Assembly: GCA_030684575.1 (NCBI GenBank)
Contig: JAUXVD010000021.1
Location: forward strand, 92,633 to 156,632
Source: Nitrospirota bacterium
GTDB lineage: Bacteria > Nitrospirota > Nitrospiria > Nitrospirales > Nitrospiraceae
Length of the DNA stretch: 64,000 nt
Direction of reading: 5' to 3'
This document shows positions 1 through 8,968 of the stretch, piece after piece. Position 1 is the stretch's first letter; the number at the start of each line of letters is the position of its first letter. The notes under the pieces are model-generated. The model searched no databases. It was not told the origin of the DNA and worked only from the letters and a program-made list of their open reading frames with translations. A program made the position numbers and the translations under genes.

Positions 1-69
1 CAAAAAAGGCTGACGGCTTGGTTCCAGAAGCTATAGTTTTTTAGCGTCGATTGACGTACCTTGCTTGTC

Positions 70-765
70 ATGTTCAGGCTCAGCGCAAACCCGTCCGATC
101 TGCGCTTTCCGCCCGTTGAGGAATCCACCCCTGAAGGACTACTCGCTGTCGGAGGTGACCTGCGGCCTGAACGGTTGCTCCAAGCCTACCGTCATGGCAT
201 CTTTCCCTGGTACGACGACGATCAGCCGATCTTGTGGTGGTCGCCCGATCCCAGGACCGTCCTCTTTCCCCCCAAGCTCCACATCTCACGCAGCCTCAAG
301 AGAAGTCTCCGCCCCGGCATCTTCCGCGTCACATTCGATACCTGCTTTCGCGAGGTGATGACTCACTGTGCAGGCCCGAGACCGCAATATCCTGACGGGG
401 GCACATGGATCACCAAGGAGATGCTCGACGCCTACACCCACTTACATGAACTCGGGTACGCCCATTCGGTTGAAACCTGGCAGGACGAACACCTGGTCGG
501 CGGGGTCTATGGCATCGCAATCGGTGGAGCCTTTTTCGCAGAATCGATGTTCACCCGAACCTCCGATGCCTCGAAAGTGGCGCTGGTCTCGCTCATCCGC
601 CAGCTCCAAGCCTGGGGATTCCAACTCATGGACTGCCAGCAATCCTCACCCCATGTGATGCACTTAGGAGCAGAAGAGATCCCCCGCAGAGAGTTTCTCG
701 ATCACCTCAATGCGGCGCTGACCGTTCCAGGTCGACGAGGACGCTGGCAGTTCGACATTCCATGA
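70..765 (+). CDS. aat: leucyl/phenylalanyl-tRNA--protein transferase
   Basis: ORF 61..765, first ATG at 70. The segment [25 protein letters not shown] and the overall ~230 aa length match my memory of Aat. Confidence 0.85.
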   Translation: MFRLSANPSDLRFPPVEESTPEGLLAVGGDLRPERLLQAYRHGIFPWYDDDQPILWWSPDPRTVLFPPKLHISRSLKRSLRPGIFRVTFDTCFREVMTHCAGPRPQYPDGGTWITKEMLDAYTHLHELGYAHSVETWQDEHLVGGVYGIAIGGAFFAESMFTRTSDASKVALVSLIRQLQAWGFQLMDCQQSSPHVMHLGAEEIPRREFLDHLNAALTVPGRRGRWQFDIP

Positions 766-1063
766 TATAAGTCGTGAGCCGGTAGCTCAGTCGTCTAATT
801 GAAATTAGTAATACCGTTCCTCCGTTATATAACCGGTTATCTAACTTTTTAGACTTTTCTCCTTCGTTACTCTCACCGTTTCTGTTCTGACTAGCACTTC
901 AGCATTTGCCAAGACTGAGACTCACAGTATCATCACGCGACTTCGCGCTCGGCTTCGCACACGCCACTCCACTCGCCTATACGAGTCTCTCCATGCTGCT
1001 CATTTACCGCACACTAGACCCTGCGCCTTGACGGTCTCTGGGGTCCGCGCCATACTGCGCCCC

Positions 1064-2185
1064 ATGCGCACCCTTTCCGTCATAAGGTACCTGGCTGCAC
1101 TCGTTCTCCCCTCTGGGCATACGTCAGCTTCCCCACCGATCAACATTTCACCTGAAAAATTGCAAACGCTGCATACACAGGCAACCCAGGGCGTCGTGGA
1201 GGCACAGGACTTTCTCGGGACGCTGTATTTCGAGGGACGGAGTGTGCCGCAGGATTACGCGAAGGCACGGCAATGGTGGGAAAAAGCCGCCGCGCAGGGA
1301 AGCGCGAGCGCACAGAACGACCTCGGGCTGCTCTATGTCAACGGGCAGGGCGTGCCGCAGGACTATACAAAGGCGCGACAGTTGTTCGAGAAAGCGGTAG
1401 CCCAGGACTACGCGACAGCGCAGAACAACCTCGGGACGCTCTATGTCAACGGGCAAGGCGTGCCGCAAGATCACGCGAAGGCACAACAGTGGTACGAGCA
1501 AGCCGCCGCCCAGGGGAACGCAGATGCGCAGTACAACCTCGGGGTGGTGTATGCCGAAGGACGGGGTGTGACGCAGGACTATGCGAAAGCGCAGCAGTTG
1601 TTTGAGCAAGCCGCCGCGCAAAGTAATGCAAGCGCGCAGAACGACCTCGGACTGCTATATCAGAATGGGTGGGGCGTCCCACAGGGTTACGCGATGGCAC
1701 GACAGTGGTACGAGCGAGCCGCTGCCCAGGGGTACGCGAACGCGCAGCAGAACCTCGGGGTAATGTATGCCAAAGGAGATGGCGTTCCGCAGGACTATGC
1801 GAAGGCACGGCAGTGGTACGAGAAAGCAGCTGTTCAGGGGAACGCAGATGCGCAGTACAACCTCGGGGTGATGTTTGAAGAAGGACACGGCGTCCAGCAA
1901 GATTACGGGAAGGCGCGACAGTGGTACGAGAAAGCCGCGGCACAGGGTGACGCGACAGCGCACTTCAATCTCGGGGGGCTGTATTACAACGGGAACGGGG
2001 TGCCGCAGGACTATGTGCGGGCGTATATGTGGTGGAGCCTCGCAGCAGCCAACTCGACAGGGGACGTGCAGAAGTCCGCAGCAAACAATCGAGAAGCGGT
2101 TGCACTTTGCATGACTCCCGCGCAGATTGTTGAAGCACAGCGACTCGCGCAACAGTGCCAGGCACAGCAGTTCAAGGGCTGTTGA
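1064..2185 (+). CDS. Sel1-like repeat (SLR/TPR-like) secreted protein
   Basis: Eight tandem ~36-aa units of the form AQxNLGxxYxxGxGVPQDYxKAxQWYEKAAAQG. The ATG at 1064 gives the signal-like N-terminus MRTLSVIRYLAALVLPSGHTSA. Confidence 0.8.
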   Translation: MRTLSVIRYLAALVLPSGHTSASPPINISPEKLQTLHTQATQGVVEAQDFLGTLYFEGRSVPQDYAKARQWWEKAAAQGSASAQNDLGLLYVNGQGVPQDYTKARQLFEKAVAQDYATAQNNLGTLYVNGQGVPQDHAKAQQWYEQAAAQGNADAQYNLGVVYAEGRGVTQDYAKAQQLFEQAAAQSNASAQNDLGLLYQNGWGVPQGYAMARQWYERAAAQGYANAQQNLGVMYAKGDGVPQDYAKARQWYEKAAVQGNADAQYNLGVMFEEGHGVQQDYGKARQWYEKAAAQGDATAHFNLGGLYYNGNGVPQDYVRAYMWWSLAAANSTGDVQKSAANNREAVALCMTPAQIVEAQRLAQQCQAQQFKGC

Positions 2186-2286
2186 ATGGGATCCGTCGAA
2201 TCCCCGCATTCACCGCAACCCGCACGCCACGCTCAAGGTGCCACTGGATGAGTTCGTGAGCTGATCGAGGGTCACACCCTCTTGCA

Positions 2287-2634
2287 ATGACTAACGCGGG
2301 AATGGAAGTCAAAGAAGTAGTCCACAATGAAGCTGACGAAGTTTCTGGGCGTTCCTGTAACCAAGCTGCTCCAATATGGAGACGTTGTATGCGTCAGAGG
2401 ACTAAGGCTCGCCACGTTAGCGACAGACTTCTTGGTAAAGGGAAAGGACTTGGGAGAAAGGTCGCATATTGGCAGATGGAGCGCAGCCTCAGCGATGACG
2501 AACTGGCAAGCAAAGCACGCATCTCAGTTGAATTTTTAAAAAAGATAAAAACGGACGAGCAGGAGCCGAGCGCGAGCATGCGGCGGAAGATTGCTGAGGC
2601 GCTGAAGGTGACGGTAGGGGAGTTGCTGGAGTGA
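2287..2634 (+). CDS. XRE-family helix-turn-helix protein (start uncertain; ATG 2389 plausible)
   Basis: C-terminal LGRKVAYWQMERSLSDDELASKARISVEFLKKIKTDEQEPSASMRRKIAEALKVTVGELL fits the HTH_XRE pattern. The N-terminal extension is doubtful. Confidence 0.55.
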   Translation: MTNAGMEVKEVVHNEADEVSGRSCNQAAPIWRRCMRQRTKARHVSDRLLGKGKGLGRKVAYWQMERSLSDDELASKARISVEFLKKIKTDEQEPSASMRRKIAEALKVTVGELLE

Positions 2635-2751
2635 GAGAAATATGGAAGTGAAAAGTAAAAACGCCCCCGCGATCCCCTACGGCTTTGCCAAGCTAATCGG
2701 TTATATAGCCATGGGACAGACTGAGGATCGTGTGCTGACCTCGTAGATAAA

Positions 2752-2931
2752 ATGGAAGACCAAAACATGCTCAAACCTAATAATCCATCACCGTGCCATA
2801 AGGATAACGGGGGGAAACTCACAGGCACCAACCCTAATACACACCAAAGAACTTGGGACCCTATCAAGCAGAGCGGAAAGCTCTATTGCTCATATTGTCA
2901 CAAGGAAGTTGATTCCAGATCATCAAACTGA
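2752..2931 (+). CDS. candidate 59-aa Cys/His small protein (hand-translated, below the ORF-track cutoff)
   Basis: ATG 2752 to TGA 2929-2931 gives MEDQNMLKPNNPSPCHKDNGGKLTGTNPNTHQRTWDPIKQSGKLYCSYCHKEVDSRSSN. It has CH...CxxCH spacing and sits in a lower-GC gene-poor stretch. There is no clear SD. Confidence 0.2.
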   Translation: MEDQNMLKPNNPSPCHKDNGGKLTGTNPNTHQRTWDPIKQSGKLYCSYCHKEVDSRSSN

Positions 2932-3173
2932 CCCACTACCCGTCTGTCAGACTAGTTCTCAAACTCATGACTATCGGAAATGTTTTTCAGCAGGAAGGAA
3001 TTATGGATTCAGACTTTGTAACAACGAGGGATCGAATTGCCATTCCAACTCGGCTTCTTCGATCCCTACCCTGTCCATCCGTTTCCTGACTCGCTTCATA
3101 AGGAATCGCCGACTGGCCTTCACTGCGCGCATCGAACGAAATATATGCTCCCTCCAAGTTCGCTCGTTATCTC

Positions 3174-3274
3174 TCAGGGATGGGGACTGATTGATCTTCC
3201 ACTGCGCGCGTCCAACGAGGGGAGTCCGCGACCGCGCGTTGCGCGAGCACAGAAGATCATCAGTCTCCATCCCT
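3174..3274 (+). repeat. foldback element, type A copy (A1)
   Basis: Core CACTGCGCGCGTCCAACGAGG...CCGCGCGTTGCGCGAGCACAG. Locus-specific complementary arms: TCAGGGATGGGGACTGATTGATCTTC pairs with GAAGATCATCAGTCTCCATCCCT (one bulge, one G:T). Confidence 0.8.
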
Positions 3275-3317
3275 TCTTCTGCGCGAGCGATCCCTCACTA
3301 CTTCGTTTTCAAGGGCA

Positions 3318-3397
3318 GCCTGGTCGATCCTCGAGTGCGCGCGTCGAACGAGCACATTCCTATCGTGCGCGTTCCGCGAGCAGGAGGACGACCAGGC
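3318..3397 (+). repeat. foldback element, type B copy (B2); likely terminator-like hairpin 5 nt beyond the M20 peptidase stop
   Basis: Core GAGTGCGCGCGTCGAACGAGCACATTCCTATCGTGCGCGTTCCGCGAGCAG. Flanking arms GCCTGGTCGATCCTC / GAGGACGACCAGGC. Confidence 0.7.
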
Positions 3398-3401
3398 TAC
3401 C

Positions 3402-4772
3402 CTATCCCTTCCCCATCTTCGCCAGCTCCTCAAAGTAATGCGCGAAGGCCTTCATCCCGCTGGAGGCCTGGCCCCAGTCGAAATATTCGTTCGGCGCATG
3501 ATAGCCATGCTCCGGCAGGCTCAAGCCCATGAACAGAATCGGCACCTTCCAGGCCTTCTGCATCGTCACCACTGCGCCGATCGATCCGCCTTCGCGGATG
3601 AAAGCCGGTTCTTTTCCAAACCCGGCCTTCGCGGCCCGCTTCACACAATCGACATAGGGCCCGTCGAAGCTCCCCTTGAACGGGTGCAGCATGCCCTCCT
3701 TCTCCACCTTTACATTCGGATTGATCTTGGCCACATGGCGCTTGAGCAGGGCAAAGGCTTTCTCCGGAGTTTGGTTCGGCACCAGCCTCATGCTCACTTT
3801 CAATTCGCCATGGCCAGGCACGACCGTTTTTACGCCAGGCCCGTGATAACCGCCGGTCAAACCATGCACCTCGAACGTCGGCGCGGCCCAGATGCGGCGC
3901 ATGATCTCGGCTGGATCCTCCGTACGGAGCTTCTGAAACCCATAGGCCTGTTTGAAGCTCTTCACCTGGAAACCAGAGGCGAGGAAACTCTTGATCTCCG
4001 CCTTGGTCGGCTCAATCACATCGTTATAGAAACCGGGAATCTTTACCTTGCCGCTCTTGGCATCGACACAGGCATGGGCCACTTCCATCAGTTCCGCGAG
4101 CGGATTCCTCGCCGCGCCGCCGGTCACACCGGAATGGGCGTCTTTCGTGCCCGTCCGTAGCGTGAGTCTCGCGCCTAGCAGTCCACGCAAACCATAGGGC
4201 ATGGCGGGCTTTCCTTTGGCGAGCCAGATGGTGTCCGACACCACGACTGAGTCCGGCCGAGGAATCGCCGCGCGGTTCTTCATCCCGGCTGCGAAATGCG
4301 GACTACCGATTTCCTCTTCCAGCTCCCAGAGAAAGCGGATGTTGATCGGGACTCCCTGCTCGATCGCGTACCTGGCGCCGAACAAGGCTGCGAGTGCCGG
4401 GCCCTTGTCATCCGTCGCGCCACGGCCATGATAGAGGCCGTTTTCTATCTTGAACGCAAAAGGCGCCTGCTTCCATTCCGGCTCCTGCGCCGGTTGCACA
4501 TCCATGTGGTTATAGATGGTCACCGTCGGATGCTGGGCGCCGGTCATCCAGCCACCGGACAGGATCGGATATCCACCGGTCTCCACAATCTGAGCCTCCG
4601 CCCCCAGTCCCGTCAGCAACTGCCTCGAAAATTCCGCCATGCGCTTGATGTCGGGGGCCTTCGCCGGATCCATACTGATCGAAGGAATCTCCACCATCTG
4701 GCCAAGCAGATCTTCAAACCCTGGGCGGGTCTCCGTGATATAGGTTCCAAGTTGTCGGTCGTTTACACTCAT
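3402..4772 (-). CDS. M20 family metallopeptidase (dipeptidase/ArgE-DapE-like)
   Basis: 456 aa with YNHMDVQPA...WKQAPF...GRGATDDKGP motifs typical of the M20/M25/M40 family. Confidence 0.8.
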   Translation of the reverse strand: MSVNDRQLGTYITETRPGFEDLLGQMVEIPSISMDPAKAPDIKRMAEFSRQLLTGLGAEAQIVETGGYPILSGGWMTGAQHPTVTIYNHMDVQPAQEPEWKQAPFAFKIENGLYHGRGATDDKGPALAALFGARYAIEQGVPINIRFLWELEEEIGSPHFAAGMKNRAAIPRPDSVVVSDTIWLAKGKPAMPYGLRGLLGARLTLRTGTKDAHSGVTGGAARNPLAELMEVAHACVDAKSGKVKIPGFYNDVIEPTKAEIKSFLASGFQVKSFKQAYGFQKLRTEDPAEIMRRIWAAPTFEVHGLTGGYHGPGVKTVVPGHGELKVSMRLVPNQTPEKAFALLKRHVAKINPNVKVEKEGMLHPFKGSFDGPYVDCVKRAAKAGFGKEPAFIREGGSIGAVVTMQKAWKVPILFMGLSLPEHGYHAPNEYFDWGQASSGMKAFAHYFEELAKMGKG

Positions 4773-4888
4773 GATGAGTCCTCCTAAAAGATGCCGCGGA
4801 TTATACCGACTGTGTCTAAACTACGAAAGAGATTGCCTCGCCGCGACAGTGCGAACCGCGACTGTAAGAATGGTAGAATGCTCCACCG

Positions 4889-5380
4889 ATGACCATCGAA
4901 TGGTTCGACAAACATATGCGAGCTGTGTCGATCTGTCTCGCCCTCTGGTTGAGCTGGACGACATTGCCATCCGTATCTTACGCCGCCGACCCCATCACAG
5001 TTCGCGAGATCCTGGAAGAGCCCAGCCGCTTTCACCTTCGGCAGGTGATCCTACAAGGGACCGTTCGGAACGTGCAGCCCCTCGATCCCTATACGCTGCC
5101 GGCCGGCAGCACCTGTTACGGCGCCTACCTCTTCTACTTGGAAGACGAGACGGCGTCGATCAATGTGGCCTCGTTTGGCCGCTGCGGTCTCCCGACGGTC
5201 AAAGATCCCGACGTGGAAGACGGCACACGCATCGAACTCCACGCCACCATCCAGGCGCCAAGCCACGGTGGCTATTATCTGAGTTTCCAGGGAGTCGCGG
5301 TGGCAGGAGAACGCGAGGGTGTGATTCAGGCGGTGGCTGACCGGATTACCCCACTCCTTGATGAGGCGCAGACCCAATGA
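4889..5380 (+). CDS. hypothetical secreted protein
   Basis: Signal-like [27 protein letters not shown] overlap with the next gene. No recognisable domain. Confidence 0.55.
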   Translation: MTIEWFDKHMRAVSICLALWLSWTTLPSVSYAADPITVREILEEPSRFHLRQVILQGTVRNVQPLDPYTLPAGSTCYGAYLFYLEDETASINVASFGRCGLPTVKDPDVEDGTRIELHATIQAPSHGGYYLSFQGVAVAGEREGVIQAVADRITPLLDEAQTQ

Positions 5381-6306
5381 TGAAAACTCAAAAAATATTT
5401 ACTCCGGCACAAACGAGAATCGGATGGATCGGCACAGGCGTGATGGGATCGTCCATGTGCGGTCATCTACTGGCCGCGGGCTATACGGTAACCCTGCATA
5501 GCCGTACGAAAACCAAAGCCACAGCGCTGCTGGACCTCGGCGCAACGTGGGCCGAGAATCCGCGCGCAGTCGCCGCTGACTCGGATCTGCTGTTCACAAT
5601 GGTGGGATTCCCCCAGGACGTGCGGACCGTCTATCTCGGCGAAGAGGGAATCCTCGCCGGCGCACAACCAGGCACGGTGCTCGTCGATATGACGACGACG
5701 GACCCGGCCCTCAGCCGCGAAATCGCCGAACGTGCAACGGCCAAGGGGCTCTCAGCGATTGATGCTCCGGTGTCCGGTGGCGATGTGGGCGCGCGCAATG
5801 CCACCCTCTCGATCATGGTGGGAGGCAGCAACGAAACCGTGCAGGCCGTGATGCCGCTCTTCGAACTATTGGGAAAAAAGATCGTGCACCAGGGCGGGTC
5901 CGGCACCGGGCAACAGACGAAACTCTGTAACCAGATCGTAATCGCCGGCACGATGATCGGCGTCTGCGAGAGTCTGCTCTATGGCTACAAGGCAGGGCTC
6001 GACCTGAACAAGATGCTGGACTCCATCCGTGGTGGAGCCGCCGCCTGTTGGACGCTGGATCATCTCGCGCCTCGTATTCTGCAACGCAACTTCGATCCGG
6101 GATTTTTCGTCGAACATTTCGTCAAAGATATGGGCCTCGCGCTGGAGGAATCGAAACGGATGGGGATTGCCCTGCCAGGTCTCACCTTGGTACATCAGCT
6201 CTACAAGACCGTCCAACAGCTCGGGCATGGCAGGAGCGGAACCCACGCGCTCATCCTGGCCCTTGAAGACCTCAGCAACGTCCACGGGAATAGGACGCCG
6301 ACATGA
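5377..6306 (+). CDS. NAD(P)-dependent beta-hydroxyacid dehydrogenase (3-hydroxyisobutyrate dehydrogenase family)
   Basis: N-terminal Rossmann motif [30 protein letters not shown]. About 300 aa, with family-typical DAPVSGG. Confidence 0.8.
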   Translation: MMKTQKIFTPAQTRIGWIGTGVMGSSMCGHLLAAGYTVTLHSRTKTKATALLDLGATWAENPRAVAADSDLLFTMVGFPQDVRTVYLGEEGILAGAQPGTVLVDMTTTDPALSREIAERATAKGLSAIDAPVSGGDVGARNATLSIMVGGSNETVQAVMPLFELLGKKIVHQGGSGTGQQTKLCNQIVIAGTMIGVCESLLYGYKAGLDLNKMLDSIRGGAAACWTLDHLAPRILQRNFDPGFFVEHFVKDMGLALEESKRMGIALPGLTLVHQLYKTVQQLGHGRSGTHALILALEDLSNVHGNRTPT

Positions 6307-7004
6307 ATGCTCCATCATACATCGCGCTCGCCCTCTCGTTGCTCCTCACTGGTTGTGCGAGCAGTCAGGGCCTGCACCTCGATTCTCTCCAACAGACGCT
6401 GCGCGACGAAGAGACTCGCTTCGTCGGGGCTCAGCCATCACCATCGGCGGTAAGCCCTCCGACCAGACAAGGTCCACTAAAATTGGGGATCTATGTTATG
6501 CCGACGGGATTTCTTCACCATGAATTCGAGTGGACCGATGCCGATCGGGAGTCCCTGCTGGCCTGGACCAACGAATTACAACGCGACCACCTCATCAGCG
6601 GCGCCTCCTTCCTCCACATCGCGTCGATCAAGGGAAACCAATTCGTACAGTTACGCGAATCCGCGATACGACAGGGCATAGACCTCCTGCTCATCGTGGA
6701 TGGCGCCGCGACCGTCGATCGTTATAACAACTACAAGGGCCCCTTATTGTACTGGACAATCCTCGGGGCCTACCTTGCCAACGGCACCCACAGCGATGCC
6801 CTCTGTCTCGTGCGAGCGGCCTTGTGGGATGTGCGTGGAGAAACCAAGCTGGCACAGGAAGAGGCGCAGGGATCGTCGAAGCTCGTCGGGCCCGCCACAC
6901 GAGTGGATGATCGCGATGGAGTCACCGCAGCACGCCGACAGGCGCTGACCGCACTGATGAGCAGACTGCGGGAATATTTTGCAAGGACCGGCAGCGGATA
7001 TTGA
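6303..7004 (+). CDS. hypothetical lipoprotein
   Basis: Lipobox LLLTGCAS near the N-terminus. ATGA overlap with the upstream gene. Confidence 0.6.
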   Translation: MNAPSYIALALSLLLTGCASSQGLHLDSLQQTLRDEETRFVGAQPSPSAVSPPTRQGPLKLGIYVMPTGFLHHEFEWTDADRESLLAWTNELQRDHLISGASFLHIASIKGNQFVQLRESAIRQGIDLLLIVDGAATVDRYNNYKGPLLYWTILGAYLANGTHSDALCLVRAALWDVRGETKLAQEEAQGSSKLVGPATRVDDRDGVTAARRQALTALMSRLREYFARTGSGY

Positions 7005-7090
7005 CCGTGAAGGACATAACTGCCGCGTCTCACAACCCGTTGACGAAGGGAACTGGTGTGGCCCTCTCCCCTCGTCAGGTCAAGAGTGTA

Positions 7091-7552
7091 TTAGGCTCCG
7101 CTCTCTCTGACAGCAGCTAGGTGTTTGACGGCTTCACGCACGGCCGTTCTGGCTTTGATCGCCGGATTCAAACTCGCCCCCGGATCCACCCTGTCCCCCA
7201 ATTCCGCAACCCGTCGGCATTGCTTGATCGCCTCCAATAGGTAGGGCTGGGCTTCTTTGCCATGCGGATCGGTCGGAGGAAGGGACTTGAGGATTGTTTC
7301 TGCATGTTTACTGACCTCACCACAATGGTGGACGATCGCTTTGGTATCCCCCATCCCCCCGTGCGCCACCATTTCCTCGACGTCCTTGATCAAACCATCC
7401 GCTTCTTCTTGCAGCTTCGGTCTTGGGAGCTCGGACGCCAGGGAGACCTCCCCGGTCACAAGCGGTGGAAGCCATGTGGGAGATACAGCCCCCAACAGCA
7501 TGGCGGCGATCATCCCTACGTTGAGAGTCGGAATCGACCGTACCTTCACCAT
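7091..7552 (-). CDS. secreted helical protein, tentatively small-metal-binding-protein (SmbP)-like
   Basis: Signal-like N-terminus. His/Cys-containing helical segments VAHGGMGDTKAIVHHCGEVSKHAETI and REAVKHLAAV. Last gene of the MCO operon. The functional label is weak. Confidence 0.5.
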   Translation of the reverse strand: MVKVRSIPTLNVGMIAAMLLGAVSPTWLPPLVTGEVSLASELPRPKLQEEADGLIKDVEEMVAHGGMGDTKAIVHHCGEVSKHAETILKSLPPTDPHGKEAQPYLLEAIKQCRRVAELGDRVDPGASLNPAIKARTAVREAVKHLAAVRESGA

Positions 7553-7553
7553 C

Positions 7554-8060
7554 CTAATACCGTCCCTTCGGCTCTGCCAACGTTGTGGTCAATGTACGAT
7601 AGAGACGATGAAACTCGTCTGTCGTGAGATCGGGGCTCTGCAGTTGCGCAAGAGCGGCTTGGTTGATGGGAAACTCGACCGTGTCGTCGTAATTCGATGA
7701 GGCAATGGTCACAAAGCGAGGAGGAAAGAGCCGTTCAGGCAAGAGAATCCCTACGCCCAGATTGTACTTGAGAGCCAAACGAATCACTTCCCTGGCCCGC
7801 TCGGCCGGCACGTCCCGACCTAGGCCGATGTTCTGCGGCGGCTGGCCCAATCTGGCAAACTGAAAGTGAACATTCGTCAACCCTGCTTGGGCGAATTCCT
7901 CCTGTAACGTAGCCACCTGGCTCTTATACTGCTTGGCCAGTACCACCTCGACCCGACTCACCGAGAGAGCCGGCCTGTCCTCGGCACAGAGGGCGGGCAC
8001 AACCATCGTGGCGACAGAAACAGCGACCGCGAATGCATTCACATATCGATGCAGATTCAT
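7554..8060 (-). CDS. hypothetical secreted protein (MCO operon)
   Basis: Signal-like MNLHRYVNAFAVAVSVATMVVPALCA. 1-nt spacer to the next gene. No recognisable domain. Confidence 0.55.
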   Translation of the reverse strand: MNLHRYVNAFAVAVSVATMVVPALCAEDRPALSVSRVEVVLAKQYKSQVATLQEEFAQAGLTNVHFQFARLGQPPQNIGLGRDVPAERAREVIRLALKYNLGVGILLPERLFPPRFVTIASSNYDDTVEFPINQAALAQLQSPDLTTDEFHRLYRTLTTTLAEPKGRY

Positions 8061-8063
8061 GGC

Positions 8064-8840
8064 TTATTTCCCCTCAAAGGTAAAGCCAACCGACATGGTC
8101 CCATTGTCAGCCACCGTGATCGCTTGTTCCTTCTCTCCAAGAGTCGGGTGCCAGGCCTTGATGCGATAGGACCCTGGTGGGAGATCTTTGATGGCAAAGG
8201 TCCCCTCCATTCCGGTGATGGCATAGTAGGGATTCTCCACGGCAAGCCCATGCCCCTGCATATAAGGGTGCATCCCGCATTGCATGGTGATGCCACGACG
8301 GTTCCCGGTCAACCGGACGATGTCGCTGGTCCCGGCCTTGGTCAGGGCAGGCCGGTGAAACATGATGAAAATGTGTTCCCGTTCCCGTTCATAAAACTGC
8401 AGGTCATGCGATACCGAATCCAAGTTGACCACGCTCAGCGGATGTTCATTTCTCATGACAGAGACGAACGGCACGAATTGACAGATATTCGCCTCGAGTT
8501 TTGTCTCCTGAAACTCGAAGGGCTTCCCCTTTTCCACCCCCTCGATGGTGACAATCACGTCTTTCAGTCCCTGCTGTTCGCCAACGGCCACTTCGCGAAG
8601 GAGCCGATAGCCGGATCCGTCTGAGAGGGCGCCGCAGTAGGCACGATCATAATACCGGCGAAGTTCAAATCGCGTCGGCTGCGGTTGCTCACCGACAAAC
8701 CGCACGGTGCCCGTGACCGTAGCCCCGTTCGACACCGCTATTTCCTCGTAGGCTGATGCCGGAGCTGTATCCATCAAGGCGGCACTCAGAATCAGAGAAC
8801 TGAAGAAACAGGTCGCGAAGCCACTTGCACGTCCTGACAT
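8064..8840 (-). CDS. cupredoxin-like copper protein with carboxypeptidase-regulatory-like beta-sandwich
   Basis: ATG at 8840 preceded by GGGGTGG. Signal peptide present. Candidate type-1 Cu ligands SVSHDLQFY ... QCGMHPYMQGH (C-x2-H-x2-M). C-terminal GTFAIKDLPPGSYRIKAWHP resembles CarboxypepD_reg. Confidence 0.6.
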   Translation of the reverse strand: MSGRASGFATCFFSSLILSAALMDTAPASAYEEIAVSNGATVTGTVRFVGEQPQPTRFELRRYYDRAYCGALSDGSGYRLLREVAVGEQQGLKDVIVTIEGVEKGKPFEFQETKLEANICQFVPFVSVMRNEHPLSVVNLDSVSHDLQFYEREREHIFIMFHRPALTKAGTSDIVRLTGNRRGITMQCGMHPYMQGHGLAVENPYYAITGMEGTFAIKDLPPGSYRIKAWHPTLGEKEQAITVADNGTMSVGFTFEGK

Positions 8841-8968
8841 ATATACCACCCCTATAAAAATACATGGGGGAGCATGATGCTCCCCCATGGTCTGAGTGAT
8901 GTTGACCGGCCGGAATCTCTATTGGAGGCGCCCCTGCGTATTGAGCAAGGACGCCACCAACTTGTTAG

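Noticed and set aside
780-795. tRNA-like string GCCGGTAGCTCAGTCG
   Set aside because: Only the acceptor and D-arm start is present. The following sequence (TCTAATTGAAATTAG...) cannot form an anticodon arm or T arm, and I see no GGTTCGAATCC-type T-loop nearby. It is not a tRNA gene and at most a fragment.
1148-2209. Multiple overlapping ORFs on both strands within the Sel1-repeat gene and the apparent DNA tandem repeat
   Set aside because: The ~108-nt periodicity is the coding repeat of the SLR protein. The alternative frames are Arg/Pro-rich artefacts of the repeat.
3100-3400. Possible CRISPR array, given the recurring GC-rich ~20-nt strings
   Set aside because: Repeats are not regularly spaced and are arranged as inverted pairs around a core. 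They occur at three dispersed loci with nested copies, and no cas genes are present.
3037-3532. ORFs 3037..3438 and 3191..3532, and the similar 23149..23343, sharing HCARPTR-like peptides
   Set aside because: They are translations of the type A/B foldback repeats. There are no start contexts, and they overlap the 3' end of the M20 peptidase gene.
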